Shown here piece after piece: positions 12,581 to 24,914 of a stretch of DNA of 64,000 bases; the first letter of the stretch is position 1, and the number at the start of each line of letters is the position of its first letter. The DNA comes from Squalus acanthias. Lineage: Eukaryota. Made by a program: the position numbers and the translations under genes. The stretch spans positions 82,028,001-82,092,000 of the forward strand of contig CM059432.1 in NCBI GenBank assembly GCA_030390025.1, in the 5' to 3' direction. Below the pieces are notes generated by a model. The model was not told where the DNA came from. It did no database searches and saw only the letters and a list, made by a program, of their open reading frames with translations.

Positions 12581-14388
12581 TAAGAACATAAGAAATAGGA
12601 GCAGGAGCAGGCCATTTGGCCCCTCGAGCCTGCTCCGCCATTCAATAAGATCATGGCCAATCTTCTACCTCAACTCCACTTTCCTGCACTGTCCCCATAT
12701 CCCTTGATTCCCTTCATATCCAAAAATCTATCGATCTCTGTCTTGAATATACTCAACGACTGAGCCTCCACAGCCCTCTGGGGTAGAGAATTCCAAAGAT
12801 TCACCACCCTCTGAGTGAAGAATTTTCTCCTCATCTCAGTCCTAAATGGCCAACCCCTTATTCTGAGACTGTGACCCCTGGTTCTACACTCCCCAGTCAG
12901 GGGAACATCCTCCCTGCATTTACCCTGTCAAGCCCTGTAAGAATTTTGTTTGTTTCAATGAGATCACCTCTCATTCTTCTAAACTCTAGAGAATATAGGC
13001 CTAGTCTATTCAGTCTCTCCTCATAGGACAATCCCCCCATCCCAGGAATCAGTCTGGCGAACCTTCGTTGCACTCCCTCTATGGCAAGTATATCCTTCCT
13101 TAGGTAAGGAGACCAAAACTGTACACAATACTCCAGGTGTGGTCTCACCAGGGCCCTATAGAATTGCAATAAGACATCTTTACTCTTATACTCAAATCCT
13201 CTTGTAATAAAGGCCAACATACCATTTGCTTTCCTAATTGCTTGCTGTACCTGCATGTTAACTTTCAGTGATTCGTATACAAGGACACCCAGGTCCCTCT
13301 GAACACTAACATTTCCCAATTTCTCACCATTTAAAAAATACTCTGCTTTTCTATTTTTCCTACCAAAGTGGATAACTTCACATTTCTCCACATTATATTC
13401 CATTTGCCATGTTCCTGCCCACTCACTTAGCTTGTCTATATCATCTTGAAGCCCCTTTGCATCCTCCTCACAACTTACATTCCCACACAGCTTTGTATCA
13501 TCAGCAAACTTGGATATATTACATCTGGTCCCTGACATGAATCTGTCATTCATGAAAAAAAGACTTATGAAATAATACTGAGCGGCCTGCGGGTGGCGTT
13601 GTCCAGGGAGAGTATAAATGCTCGGGCACGGGCCCAGCTTGCGCAGGACATTCTTAACAGGAACTAGTGAAGGACACAACTAGACCTCCATGTTGTAAAA
13701 CAGTTGATTAAAGCTTTGTTTAACGTTTAGACCAAGTGCCTAGTAGTTTTCTTACATCAGTCCCCTCATCCAAATCATTGATATAGATTGTGAATAGCTG
13801 AGGCCCAAGCACTGATCCTTGCGGTACCCCACTAGTTACAGCTTGCCAATCCGAAAATGACCCGTTTATTCCTACTCTGTTTTCTGTCCGTTAACCAATC
13901 CTAAATCCATACTAGTATATTACTCCCAATCCCATGAGCCCTAATTTTGTTTAATAACCTCTTGTGTGGCCCCTTATCGAATGCTTTCTGAAAATCCAAA
14001 TACACCACATCCACTGGTTCCCCCTTATCTATTCTGCAGTTACAACCTCAAAAAACTCTAACAGATTCGTCAAACACGATTTCCCTTTCATAAATCTGTG
14101 TTGACTCTGCCCAATCCTATTATTATTTTCTAAGTGCCCTGTTACCACGTCCTTAATAATAGATTTGAATATTTTCCCTGCTACTGATGTCAGGCTAGCT
14201 GGTCTGTAGTTCCCCGTTTTCTCTCTCCCTCCTTTCTTAAATAGTGGGGTTACATTTGCTATCTTCCAATCTGCGGGAACCGTTCTATAATCTATGGAAT
14301 TTTGGAAGATGACAACCATTGCATCCACTATCTCTATAGCCACCTCTTTCAAAGCTCTAGGATGTCGGCCATCAGGTCCAGGGGATTT
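12581..14388 (-). mobile_element. CR1 LINE, RT domain to 3' end
   Basis: ORFs 14029-14352 (VPADWKIANVTPLFKKG, NYRPASLTS, KSCLTNLLEFFE) and 12897-13530 (KFADDTKL). Confidence 0.93.
13533..13759 (+). mobile_element. Solo LTR (227 bp) inserted in CR1
   Basis: TG...CA termini; perfect 5-bp TSD GTCCC (13528-13532/13760-13764); TATAAA at 13613 and ATTAAA at 13707; absent from the homologous CR1 site at ~8035. Confidence 0.8.
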
Positions 14389-14861
14389 ATCTTGTCCTCA
14401 CCCGATATCATACATGTGCAATTGGTAGGGATAATTGAACAATAATGAGAAGCAGGAACCTTGGCATGGTCTCACATACTTCTTTTGGAAACTGTCAAGG
14501 TTCCTGCTTCTCATTACTAGTCAATGAACTAAAAGCTACAATTTTATTTTCTGTCAAATTTGGGCTAGTGTAGCCCAGGACTAACAATTAACCCTATTTC
14601 CTTACGGGAGAAGACACAAGATGCCCGCTACATTCATCTGTTACCTCAAACAATGGAAAATACCACAACATACCACTGCATACAGGCTAAAACTACTGTC
14701 CAGTTATTGAGATAAAATAGTACATAGAAGTAGAAAGATCTGGGTGAAATAATATACACTGCAAAAAATTAACACTAGATACAAACTGGTTTAACTGTTT
14801 TAAATAGTCATCAAACTCTCAGAAAGACACATAGACACAGATGGTACACACAGAAACTTAC

Positions 14862-14963
14862 AAAGCTTTATCCATGGATTTGCGATCCACAGAGTAACCG
14901 TCACAGAACAATAGAAACTTCAGAAGACATTTCAGAGACATGGCTTTTTGATACGAAACTGCC
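14862..14963 (-). other. Candidate 102-nt internal exon of an unidentified minus-strand gene
   Basis: Long pyrimidine tract ending in TAG acceptor, GTAAGT donor, single open frame AVSYQKAMSLKCLLKFLLFCDGYSVDRKSMDKA; phase 2-2; peptide not recognised. Confidence 0.35.
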
Positions 14964-17227
14964 CTATTAAAAGTCATATAAAACCAAAGAAAAAAAATCT
15001 ATTTTTGGCACAATGAGTATTCAAAATGCAGTTGAATGTTACCTAAGTGAGTTGAAGACCTGTAGGTACAATTTTAATGGGAAAAATTGTCTTTTTACAT
15101 GCTTGACCTTTCTTATAAACCCTGGTTAATTTTCCTCTTTCCTAACCCAGAAATGCTGAGGCACACCCAGCTGAATTCAGCTAACCCAACACAGATAGGG
15201 GATAGAAATTAGGACCTTATTAGGTTGTGTAGTTCAGCTACTCACTGGATAAGTTCACCGGTGGGGTGCATTCCCTTTAAGTGTTGCCTCAGTCTCCATT
15301 CCTCCATCCTCTGCTGCTCTTCTTTCTCCATTAGAATGGCAGAGTAAGGACCTGCTCCTGAGTCAGTGTGGAACAAGTCTGAGGCTGTGTAGCTAAAAAG
15401 CTAGAAAAAAATGCTCCAAAACATTATTCCCAGCTGCAATAATCACTACTCAAACTCTCCAAACTCTTTAGGCTCATAAACTCCTCACTTTTGCTTGTCT
15501 CAGCGGATCCTGGCAGTAAGTACACTTTATATCTCATTCTAACTTGCGAATGTAAGACCAAGAAATTTGGACCTGTTGGGACAGTGACCCTCATTATTTA
15601 ATATAATGAGCTCACTCAGGACTCAGTGGATGAGTTATGGGAAGGGTCTAATCGTGTTAGGAAACTAGGGGGACTGATTTTAGGGCAGGAAACTGGTGGA
15701 AATGGTGTCCGCCCCATTTTACTGATCAAAACAAAAAGATGCCCCCATTTTGCACAGATGAAAAGCGGAAAATGGCAAGGAATTTTGGTACCAAAGAGTT
15801 TAAAGCCAGCTGTAGTTCAAAAAAAACTATCCAAGCATCAGGCAAATTCAATGCATATGTTAAAAAGTCAATTGAGACTAGTTTTTGAACTGTGGGCTTG
15901 AAGGAGCAACCAAGCGACTCTTGAACAAAGACAGACTTTGTGATTTGTTCAGTTAATTGTATGACAGCCCATTAATTTTGAATCCCTTATGAAAATTCAA
16001 AAAAGCCACAGCAACCAATGAAAGGGTACATAGGTGGTTGGCTCTGAGTTGGTAAAAGATTGTTGAATGGATAGGAATCTTTACAGGAAGAGATCAAGTA
16101 GACAAGATAGCTCCCATGGTCAGAAAAGATTACAAAAAGAAAAGTGCAACATATATGTAAAATGTATCTATAAAAGAATAGCATGGCATTAGATTACAAC
16201 TCTTGTCTTTCCCAATAGTGAAGTTAGATGTTAGACTTTCTCCTGAAAATTATATTATTGTTAGATTACTCGTTAATAATTTTTTGCTTAATATTTTACA
16301 GTTTTGCTGAATTCATGTTGGAAAATGTGTTCTACTTTCTGCTTGATGGTAATTCAGTATAAAAATGATGACATGGAAAAAGTACATTTTGATATTACTT
16401 AGCAAAATATCCATAATTTCATCATTTTCATATTTTTTTTCTGATGTAATTTCACTCAGCGAAATGCAGAAAAATGGAAGACTTTCAGGAGAAAAGCGAT
16501 GTAATCATCAGGAAAGCCTCTCCATGAGCTTGGGAGCATATTATACTTCATGTTATTCTTAGAGTGAGCCTAGAACATCTGTCACTGTACTTGATCTAGA
16601 GACAGCACAGACGTTGATGGGACTTGCTCGGTTCAGGGTGTACTGGCCCTAACTATTAAAATAATGATTGCTGTTATTTTCTTAACAACGCCCTCAGGAG
16701 GGATGAGGCTAAGTAATTGCAGACAGATTTAGAGAGTTTCCTGCCCTTATTGAGTTTAAATGCCGTTGTTTGTTTAGTTTTAATCTAATCTCACCCAAAA
16801 GAAACATATGCAGCATGAATCTTTTTCTCACCATCAACATTACAAATGCATTAAAAATGTATTTTCTTCACCTTCCTTTTAGGTATCTCCCAGTTTGACA
16901 ACACTTTGAGTTCATTAACAATTTATTATTTGTACACCATTGTTTTAATATGCAAGGTGCATGGATATAGAAGGGAGCGAGGAAAAATGTTCTTTCTCTC
17001 TTTTCTACCCTCATAAAATGCACAAATTGGAAAAAATGCAAAATTAATAAACAAAAATTGTGAGTGTTGGCAATGCTGTGCCACACCTAGTAAACTGTGC
17101 CCTGACTAACAGGTCAGGACAAAAAACATGCTCCTAATCACTGCCAATTCCACTGTCCATTGGTGTTTTTAAAGTAAAATAAATGTTTAAGTAAAAAATG
17201 GAAACAAGCTGCTCCATTCAATATAAT

Positions 17228-17470
17228 TAGAAAGACTTGCATTTATATAGCGCCTTTCATGAAAACCAGACAACCCAAAGCACTTTACAGCCAACAAAGT
17301 ACTTTCTTGAAATGTAGTCACTGTTGTAGTATAGGAAACATGGCAGCCAATTTGTGCACAGCACTCCCTCAGTACTGCACTAGAGTGTCAGCCTAGATTT
17401 TTGTGCTCAAGTGGAACATGAACCCACAACCTTCTGACTCAGAGGCGAGGATGCTTCAGCTGACACACAG
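17228..17470 (-). mobile_element. Deu-domain SINE, internally deleted
   Basis: Reverse complement of the 20271-20720 head and tail with the middle missing. Confidence 0.75.
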
Positions 17471-17699
17471 AAGACTCACGGACTGACAGAAGACCAATTT
17501 CATTTTATTGACAGGATTTCACAGGCTGTTAATCAAATTCTGTACCACAACCTGTTTCGGTATAATATTTCTCTCCACAATACCCACATTTCTAACTTAA
17601 CAGTGTGACCAATCCGTGTATTTGTTAGTTCTTGGGTCCCCTCTTAAAATGTAACTGTCTTCATGTAAAAGTGACAAATATCTTTTCATTAGTTTAGAA

Positions 17700-18494
17700 A
17701 GGAATTTTAACCCCCAAATATGGGTGGGTTTGGGTAGGGTGGGATGTAAAAATGTTTTAAAATCTTAAACCCAAACCGAACCCACCCACTTCCGGTTTTA
17801 ACGGAGGCAGGATGGGGCTGGGGAGGCGGGCGGCCAACCCATTTCCAGGAGGTATTTAACTATTTTACTGAGGCTGTGTGCCTCACATTTTAGCTCCATT
17901 TTAAATTTAACCTTGGCCGGCCAAGTTTCCTGGGCCTTGGGAAACTCAGCAGCTAAAGGGAGGTGAGGACTGCTGCGTGGAAGAGGGAAGTGTCTTTCCA
18001 GCAGTGCTTATGGGCCTGGAGGAGCAGGATTAGATTCTCCTAGCCCCCCAAGCTAACCTGCTTCCCCCGCTGCGATCGGACCACCACCCCCATGATCGCC
18101 CCCCCCCCCCGCGATCAGACCCCCATCGATATCATTGACCCTCCATGATCACCACCCCCGACCCCCAATCTCTGCCCCCGATCTGTCTCCGACCCCCGCA
18201 ATCACCCCCCGACCCTCCAAACCACTGTGCAGCCACCCATCCCCCCACCCCGCCACAATCTCTTAGCAGCAGGAAACCTACCTGCTCCTGGGTGGCAGCC
18301 TCTTCTGCAGCGCTCTGACAGGGAACCAAGCCTGTCAATCAGGCTGGCTTCTGGGCAGGGATCCTGTTGAAAATAAAGCACGCATGCTGTGGAGTCAAAA
18401 CTCCATAGCATTCAGGGAAACCCGGACTTACAGGTTTCCTGACCAGAACACCTGCCCCCCTCCCCCCCCCTCACACGCTTGGAAATCCTGCCCC
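17700..18494. mobile_element. Non-autonomous Harbinger-like element (family B, copy 2)
   Basis: Similar to 1951-3297 (TTTTAACCCCCAAA, CCCACTTCCGGTTTTAA, CAGCTAAAGGGAGGTGAGG) but without the expanded minisatellite. Confidence 0.6.
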
Positions 18495-18951
18495 AGTAAA
18501 TATTGGGGCCAAATGCAACAACTTAAATCTCATTGGAACACATTTACATGCAACTTGCAAATGTGTTTATTATACGTCTCATTTAGTCCTTCATTAGGTT
18601 TCAGCTGCAAAGTTGAAGAATCTCATTTAATTTTTTTATACGGAATGTTTCCAAACCCATTGCTAATACTAGACAACTGCCTAGCACCACCACCATTAGT
18701 TTCAAGATAATCAACTTTCTTGATGAGGACACAGGTTTACCGATAGGATAGTTTTGCCTATGTGTGTGTCTTGCATGAAGTGCACATATGCATATTTGTT
18801 TCCCTGAATTTAAACATTACTGCTGAAAGTAGAGAATATAATTAAACAGAGGTCATAACAACCAAACAAGGAATGTACAATTACAAAAGAAGATTACAGA
18901 CTGTACCATTCATGAAGGAAACATTATTACGTTAAAATCATTGGTTGTCAT

Positions 18952-19103
18952 TAAGAACATAAGAAATAAGAGCAGGAGTAGGCCATACGGCCCCTCGAGC
19001 CTGCTCCGCCATTCAATAAGATCATGGCTGATCTTCGACCTCAACTCCACTTTCCTGCCCGATCTCCATATCCCTTGATTCCCCTAGAATCCAAAAATCT
19101 ATC
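18952..19103 (-). mobile_element. CR1 3'-end fragment
   Basis: TAAGAACATAAGAAATAAGAGCAGGAGTAGGCC..., as in the other CR1 3' UTRs. Confidence 0.85.
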
Positions 19104-19229
19104 CGTACTCTTGGACTCTAATTCATTCATAACCAAAAAGAAAAATGTAAGTTTTGTTACTTCACTGCTAATGCTTGATTTGATGTTCTCTTATGGTTAT
19201 ATGTCATTTAATTGTCTGCTACAGTATAC

Positions 19230-19907
19230 GGCCTAGAAATGCAACTTCGGGCTAAAAGAAGCGTGAAGTCAGCAGATCGACCACTGTGCCTGCTGAATTG
19301 TGCCGGCATGAGCCACAAACCAAATTCAGATTTGGGCCTCATTTAAATGGTGCCATCGAGCTGCGGGCACCAAATAGGCACCCCAGTGCAGCTCGCCGGT
19401 TGTGGTTGGGTGGGAAATTGGCCGGCTCCTATGTTGATTCTCAGGGGGACTTGAATGGGTCAGCAGGGGACCGGAGATTTTTTGTGGGCCCAAGAGGAGC
19501 ACTCCTTCTTCTCCTGGTCCCACAAAAATAAAAACTCTAAATCTCCTGAGGATTTTGTGAGCAGCTCCAGTAGTCCCTTTAAGGACCAATGTTAGGCCAC
19601 TGAACGCCTGGTACAACTAGGTGGAGTGTGCACAACTCGCGCCCCACTCATTTGTACCTGAATTTTGCAACTAGGGCCTACAACAGGCATAGAACTCCTC
19701 CTTGCATATTTAAGCAGCCGTATGCCAGTTTCAGGCAGGCGGGTTGCTCACACATTTACAAGCCTACTTGAATATGCTGGCCTTGGGCATCAATGGGGCG
19801 GCCGAGGTTTCCCCCTTCCCTTCTCTGCCCTCCCCACCCCAATTTCCAACTGCTCCCATCCATTTTTTAGGTGCAAAACAGGTGGTGGGGAGTTGAATTT
19901 CTCCCCA
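19230..19907. mobile_element. Non-autonomous Harbinger-like element
   Basis: Imperfect TIR GGCCTAGAAATGCAACT...AGTTGAATTTCTCCCC; GC-rich body. Confidence 0.55.
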
Positions 19908-20270
19908 CTATATCTCTATATAAACGCTAGCTATAGATTACAGTGGAGTGTATTTTATGTGAATTTTTCCACTTAAAAATACTGTATTTGTTGTACTGTG
20001 TAACAAATTCTGTCATTGCTATTGAACAGTAGGTAAGGTTTTTCAATCTTTGAAAATAATTATTAAGATTCACCACCATTTAAAACATGGTTTGAGGAGG
20101 CAGCGCAGTGTAACGGAATAGTAGTTGGCAAGAGGGACAGATTCGCCAATCAAAAGCCGAGTCACTCAGTGTGCTTGTGTACAACTTGTAGTGGTCATTT
20201 ACAAAGTGGCACTTCCTGGATACCGGTGACCTGTCTGCAGCTCATCATTACATGATCCAAGAATAACTTT

Positions 20271-20720
20271 GTGTGTCAGCTGTGGCTCAGTGGAAAGCAC
20301 TCTCACCTCTGAGTCAGAAGGTTGTGGTTTCAAGTCCCACTCCAGAGACTTGAGCACAAAAATCTAGGCTGACCCTCCCGTGCAGTGCAGAGGGAGTGCT
20401 GCACTGTCGGAGGGGCCTTTCAGATGAGATGTTAAACTGAGGCCCCGTATACTCTCTCAGGTGGACGCAAAAGATCCCATGGCACTATTTCGAAGAAGAG
20501 CAGGGGAGTTATCCCCAGTGTCCTGACCAATATTTATCCCTCAATCAACATAACAAAAACAGATTATCTGGACATTGCTGTGTGCAATTGGCTGCTGCTT
20601 TTCCTATATTACAACAGTGACTGCACTTCAAAAAGTACTTCATTAGCTGTAAAGTGCTTTGGGATGTCCTGAGGTTGTGAAAGGCGCTATATAAATGCAA
20701 GTCTTTCTATCTTTTCTTTC
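20271..20720 (+). mobile_element. Near full-length Deu-domain SINE (SacSINE1-like)
   Basis: GTGGCTCAGTGG A box, GGTTTCAAGTCCC B box, Deu core, GCGCTATATAAATGCAAGTCTTTC tail. Confidence 0.85.
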
Positions 20721-21429
20721 TTTGCAAAAAGAAACATGTTTGAAGCCTAGAATAATGGAAAAGGGAATCAAGTTTATTAAAACAGAAAACTGTGTATGAC
20801 TTCAGTTGGATGAAGTTAGATTAGTAGTAAAGAAGCATTAAAACCAACGAGTGCAGGCAATTCTTTCAGGCTGTTTGGAAAAAAAATCTGCTTTGCTGAT
20901 CTGATTTACACAGTGTAAGCCTTCATCAGTAGCAGACCTGCTCTGGAGTCATGGGAAAGTCATGCTTAAGAGTTTGGCAGTTGATTTGAGAGCTTTGATG
21001 CTTTAAGTGTAGGTTATTTGGGAATTGTTTTGAGTTTTTTAAAGTCTGAATATGGAAGCTGGTTAACTTCATCAACTGTAAGGTTTTGTACTCTGGCAAT
21101 TGATTTGGAAGAAACAGTCACTTTTCTTATCTTAGAAATGGTTGTAGTTTTTTTTCAAAGCATTTCTACATGCTTATAGCTATGAGCTCACAGCACATGA
21201 CCATATTGGGAGGATTTATCGAAAGTTACAAGAAGTCACTATAAATATATCAGCAAAGTCAATAATTTGAGTATCATTTCAATAAGATGGCGATCAATTG
21301 AAACTCTTATTGCTTTATTGTTTATTTATTGAGGGAGGGAAGAAAGAAAAAACAATTTAGTTTCACCTTGCTAATTTTGAATACTCCAACAGTAGAGCTC
21401 CCTTGATGGTAAATGTACCTTTTGGTGGT

Positions 21430-21569
21430 ACAACAACTGAAAATGCTGGAAACACTCAGCAGGTCAGGCAGCATCGTGGAGCGAGAAACAGAGTTAACGT
21501 TTCAGGCCACTGAGTGTTTCCAGCATTTTCTGTTGTTTCAGATTTCCAGCATCCGCAGCATTTTGCTAT
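21430..21569. mobile_element. Penelope-like pseudo-LTR fragment with inverted structure
   Basis: AAATGCTGGAAACACTCAG...CTGAGTGTTTCCAGCATTT inverted; 16-bp TSD TGTACCTTTTGGTGGT (21414-21429/21570-21585). Confidence 0.75.
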
Positions 21570-21892
21570 TGTACCTTTTGGTGGTGTCATTTTCACTCAG
21601 TTGGTAGCACTCTTGCCTCAGTCAGAAGGTTATGAGTTCAAACTCCACAAGGACTTAACCACATCATCTTGATTAGTGAAAACATTCTTGACAAATGCTT
21701 TCAGTTTTGATTGTCTTGTCCTGGCCCAAGAATTTCAGCTCCAGCAACGAATGCCACCTTAATCAAATTTTGTTTGATAATGCTCCCGTGAAGCGCCTTG
21801 GAACGTTTTACTTTATTAAAGACGCTATATAAATGCAAGTTGTTGTAGTAATCAGGGCCCCAGTTCTGAAAACCAACAGAACAGAACTGGAA

Positions 21893-22340
21893 CAAAAACA
21901 GAAAATGCTGGAAATACTCAGCAAGTCAGGCAGCATCTGTGGAGAGAGAAACAGAGTTAACGTTTCAGGTCGATGACCCTTCGTCAGAACTGGAAAAAGC
22001 TGAAGATCGAACAGGTTTTTAAGCAAGTGCAGGGGCAGGGAAAGGGGGAGGGGAGGAAAGAACAAAGGGCAAGGTCTGTTATAGGATGGAAGGCAGGAGA
22101 GATTAAGAGACATTAAGAGATGGTGCAAGGCAAAAGGAGATGGTAATGGGACAAGTTAAGAAACAAAAGATGGCTCTAGATGAAGTGTAAATGGCACTGG
22201 CAGAATGATCGACTTTACAGCCTTCTGGACTCAACATAGAGTTCAACAATTTCAGATCATAACCTCTGCCCCATCCTTTTTTTTCCCATTTATTTAATTT
22301 TAATTTTTTTTCTCTCTCCCACATGGCAGCTGTCTTTCAT
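21893..22340 (-). mobile_element. Penelope-like element fragment (pLTR plus adjacent internal sequence)
   Basis: Same pLTR as 25751, 26050, 29458 and 62571; contains a hammerhead core. Confidence 0.7.
21955..21991 (-). ncRNA. Minimal type I hammerhead ribozyme (Penelope-associated)
   Basis: AGUU-CUGACGA-AGGGUC auc GACCU-GAAA-CG-UU-AACU: CUGAnGA and GAAA core, stem I AGUU/AACU, stem II, palindromic ACGU in place of helix III. Confidence 0.7.
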
Positions 22341-22821
22341 TCTGTGGGAGCTTGCTGCTGCATTTCCTACATTATAACAGTGACTACACTTCAAAAAATA
22401 CTTAATAGGCTGTAAAGCGCTTTGAGACATTCAGAGATTGTGAAAAACACTATATAAATGCAAGCCTTATTTTTGCATTTGCTTACAGTGGCTGCACTTC
22501 AAAAGTATTTAATTGGCTGTGAAGGGCTTTGGGAAGTCCTAAGGACATGAAAGTTGCTATCTAATTTCAATTTTTTTCTTACCGAGCTAGAAAGGACCTG
22601 GGTTTAATCCCTGCTCTGTGCCAGGTTGGGAAAGCAATGGGAATGTTACAATTAGTCCTAATGTCCCCATATTACGGAGGAGAAAAAACAAGGATCCCTT
22701 TCCTGGCTGTTGTCCTGTGAGCCCCTTCCACCACTCAAAAATGCATGAGTGTGGTAACTAGGCGCGGACAGAATTAAGCTCAGCCATGATGCTTCATAAT
22801 TGAATAGCATGCTGACACACT

Positions 22822-24118
22822 GGCCTAGAAATTCGAGTAGGCCGGAAACCTGCCGGTAACAGCGCTGGCCAAGGCTAATGGCCACCCGCAGAAAGAGCGC
22901 AGGCAGCACCGGTATTTTGGTACTGCCTGCTAAATTACATCAGCGAAGTGGAGAATCTGGTGCAACACGCTCGCTCCGGTGCTAACCTCAGCATGAGGCC
23001 GAAGTTCATGTCAGAAGGATCGGTGCGGCGTTCTTGGGCAATGTGCTATGTCGGAGCATTTGGTGACGGGTCCGGGGTTTTGCTCGAGTCCGCTGATGCC
23101 CTTATAGGATTGGAGCATTGTGTGTTGTGGCAGATGACGAGGCACTTGTTTGTCCACAGGTCCCCTCTTACTTGCACGGATATTTCTCTGGGTGTTGTGT
23201 GGCTGCCCTAGCTCCACAGTTCTTTGACCCAGATGGTTGCTGTGTGGAGGTTTGTGCCCCACCACGGTGCTGGAGGGGGACGGGGATGCACCGTCTTGCA
23301 GCTAGCAGTGACAGAGCACTAGCCCGCAGATCGCAGAGGGCATTCACTCCCTGGTGAGTGGCTCTTAAAGCACAGGCTCAGATCTGAGGGACTCCTGGAA
23401 AACTACATAAAGACTGTGGCACATGTGTCCTTAAACCATTGCATAAGACATCATTGGAAATACATTTTTTAAAAGGGGGAACATGAACTATTGCTCTGGA
23501 GTTTACTGGTGTAAATGATGCTGAAGAGAGTTCAATTACATTTTTAACAACAGCAGACTTTTGAAGAACTCTTGGTGAGAATATGCTGTCAAGCCTTTTA
23601 AAAGCAGACTTCCAAACTTTGCATATCATTTTATCAGTTCCTAAACTAGAAAACCTCAATGTATAACATTTAAGGAAATGCAGCTTTGATTTTTTCCTGA
23701 CATTATTAGAACTGTAGTACAGTATTACTTATTTTAAAAGTACCTCCTATACGGTTTGACTGACCAGGAGATTTGATGCATCGCAGTGGAAGCAATTTGC
23801 ACTCCCATAGCTCTCCATAGTTAACAGTTATCCCTGTAGCTGTTTACAGCATGGATGTGCTTTTGAAAGGGCAGTAAGAGGAGCAGCGAGCTCTAAAATG
23901 GCTGAGCAGGTGTCAATTCGGCGTTATACACCAATTGGCGTCAGGCTCCTACTAATTAAAATAATTTCCGCGAGCGCAGGCAACAGCAGCGTTGCCAACC
24001 TGCCGAAAATGGTGGCCGCCGTGGGACCCATCGGCAGTGGGTGGAAGTGAGGCAGCCACCGCCTTTTTTCCCAAAATGTGCGTTAACAGCCAGCGCTAAC
24101 ACCTCTAATTTCTAGGCC
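22822..24118. mobile_element. Non-autonomous Harbinger-like element inserted in a SINE
   Basis: Perfect 12-bp TIR GGCCTAGAAATT...AATTTCTAGGCC; TSD ACT (22819-22821/24119-24121). Confidence 0.85.
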
Positions 24119-24177
24119 ACTGTCTATAATCACACATCACTACTTGGACAAGGTACTAGGTGGCTGGTGGAAACTTT

Positions 24178-24914
24178 GGCCCGTAATTTCCGATAGGAGG
24201 CTTCCTGCATGCGGAGGCCTCCTATCGGGAAAAAATCTACAAACTTACCTGAGGGCTCCCGAGGTCCGGGCATTTCCGCTCCTGGGCCTCTCCAAAGTCG
24301 AAATGCGCAGGGCCCATGTATCCCAGGGGCGCATGCAGTTCGCAAGCGTCCCTGGGATCATGTGGGCCAAGCCAGCCAATAGGAGAAGGGAATCTCCCTT
24401 CATACTTTTGACAGATAGACCCGTCAAATATATGAATGGAGATCACCCCAAAAATACACTAAAACATTAAATAAATTTTAATAAAACCATCACGTTTTTA
24501 AAATTAGTTAAAATTACATTAAATTAAATATTTTAAACAAATATTTGAAAAACATAATTAAAGTTTTTTACGGGGCTAAAAATAAACTTACCTTTTTTAA
24601 AAGTATTTTTAAATTATAAATGAGTGAAAATTTAAAAAAAAACTTTTTTCAGCTCTTATGCTGGTAAAAGCAGGCCTTATGCCTGCTTTTACCAGGTGTA
24701 AGATTTCTAAGGGTTTTCAGCAGGCGGAGGTTCTGCAGAAAGCGGAACTCTCCCCCCGCAGAGGCCCTTCTCCAGGGCAGGCGTCCGATCTTGACAGATC
24801 AGAAATGCCGGTTTTCAACGCATGCGCTTCGCATGCCTGAAACCGGCATTTCCGATGTCTCTACGGGTGTGTACACAGCCCGTACACACCCGTAAGCATC
24901 GGAAAATACAGGCC
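24178..24914. mobile_element. Non-autonomous Harbinger-like element inserted in the same SINE
   Basis: TIR GGCCCGTAATTTCCGAT / ATCGGAAAATACAGGCC (15/17); TSD TTT; AT-rich core and internal palindromes. Confidence 0.85.

Larger units (their letters stand above)
12415..14600 (-). mobile_element. tRNA-derived SINE (second family) split by the CR1 at 12581-14388
   Basis: Flanks rejoin as AGCTTGATCTTGTCCTCACCCGA, matching other copies (22590-24940, 37020-37560, 48650-50810, 60470-60830); short duplication ATCTT. Confidence 0.6.

Noticed and set aside
12897..13679. 260-aa ORF with a novel N-terminus fused to RT
   Set aside because: Chance read-through from the antisense solo LTR into CR1.
20271..20345. 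tRNA gene
   Set aside because: The A/B boxes belong to a SINE head followed by the Deu core; no complete cloverleaf.
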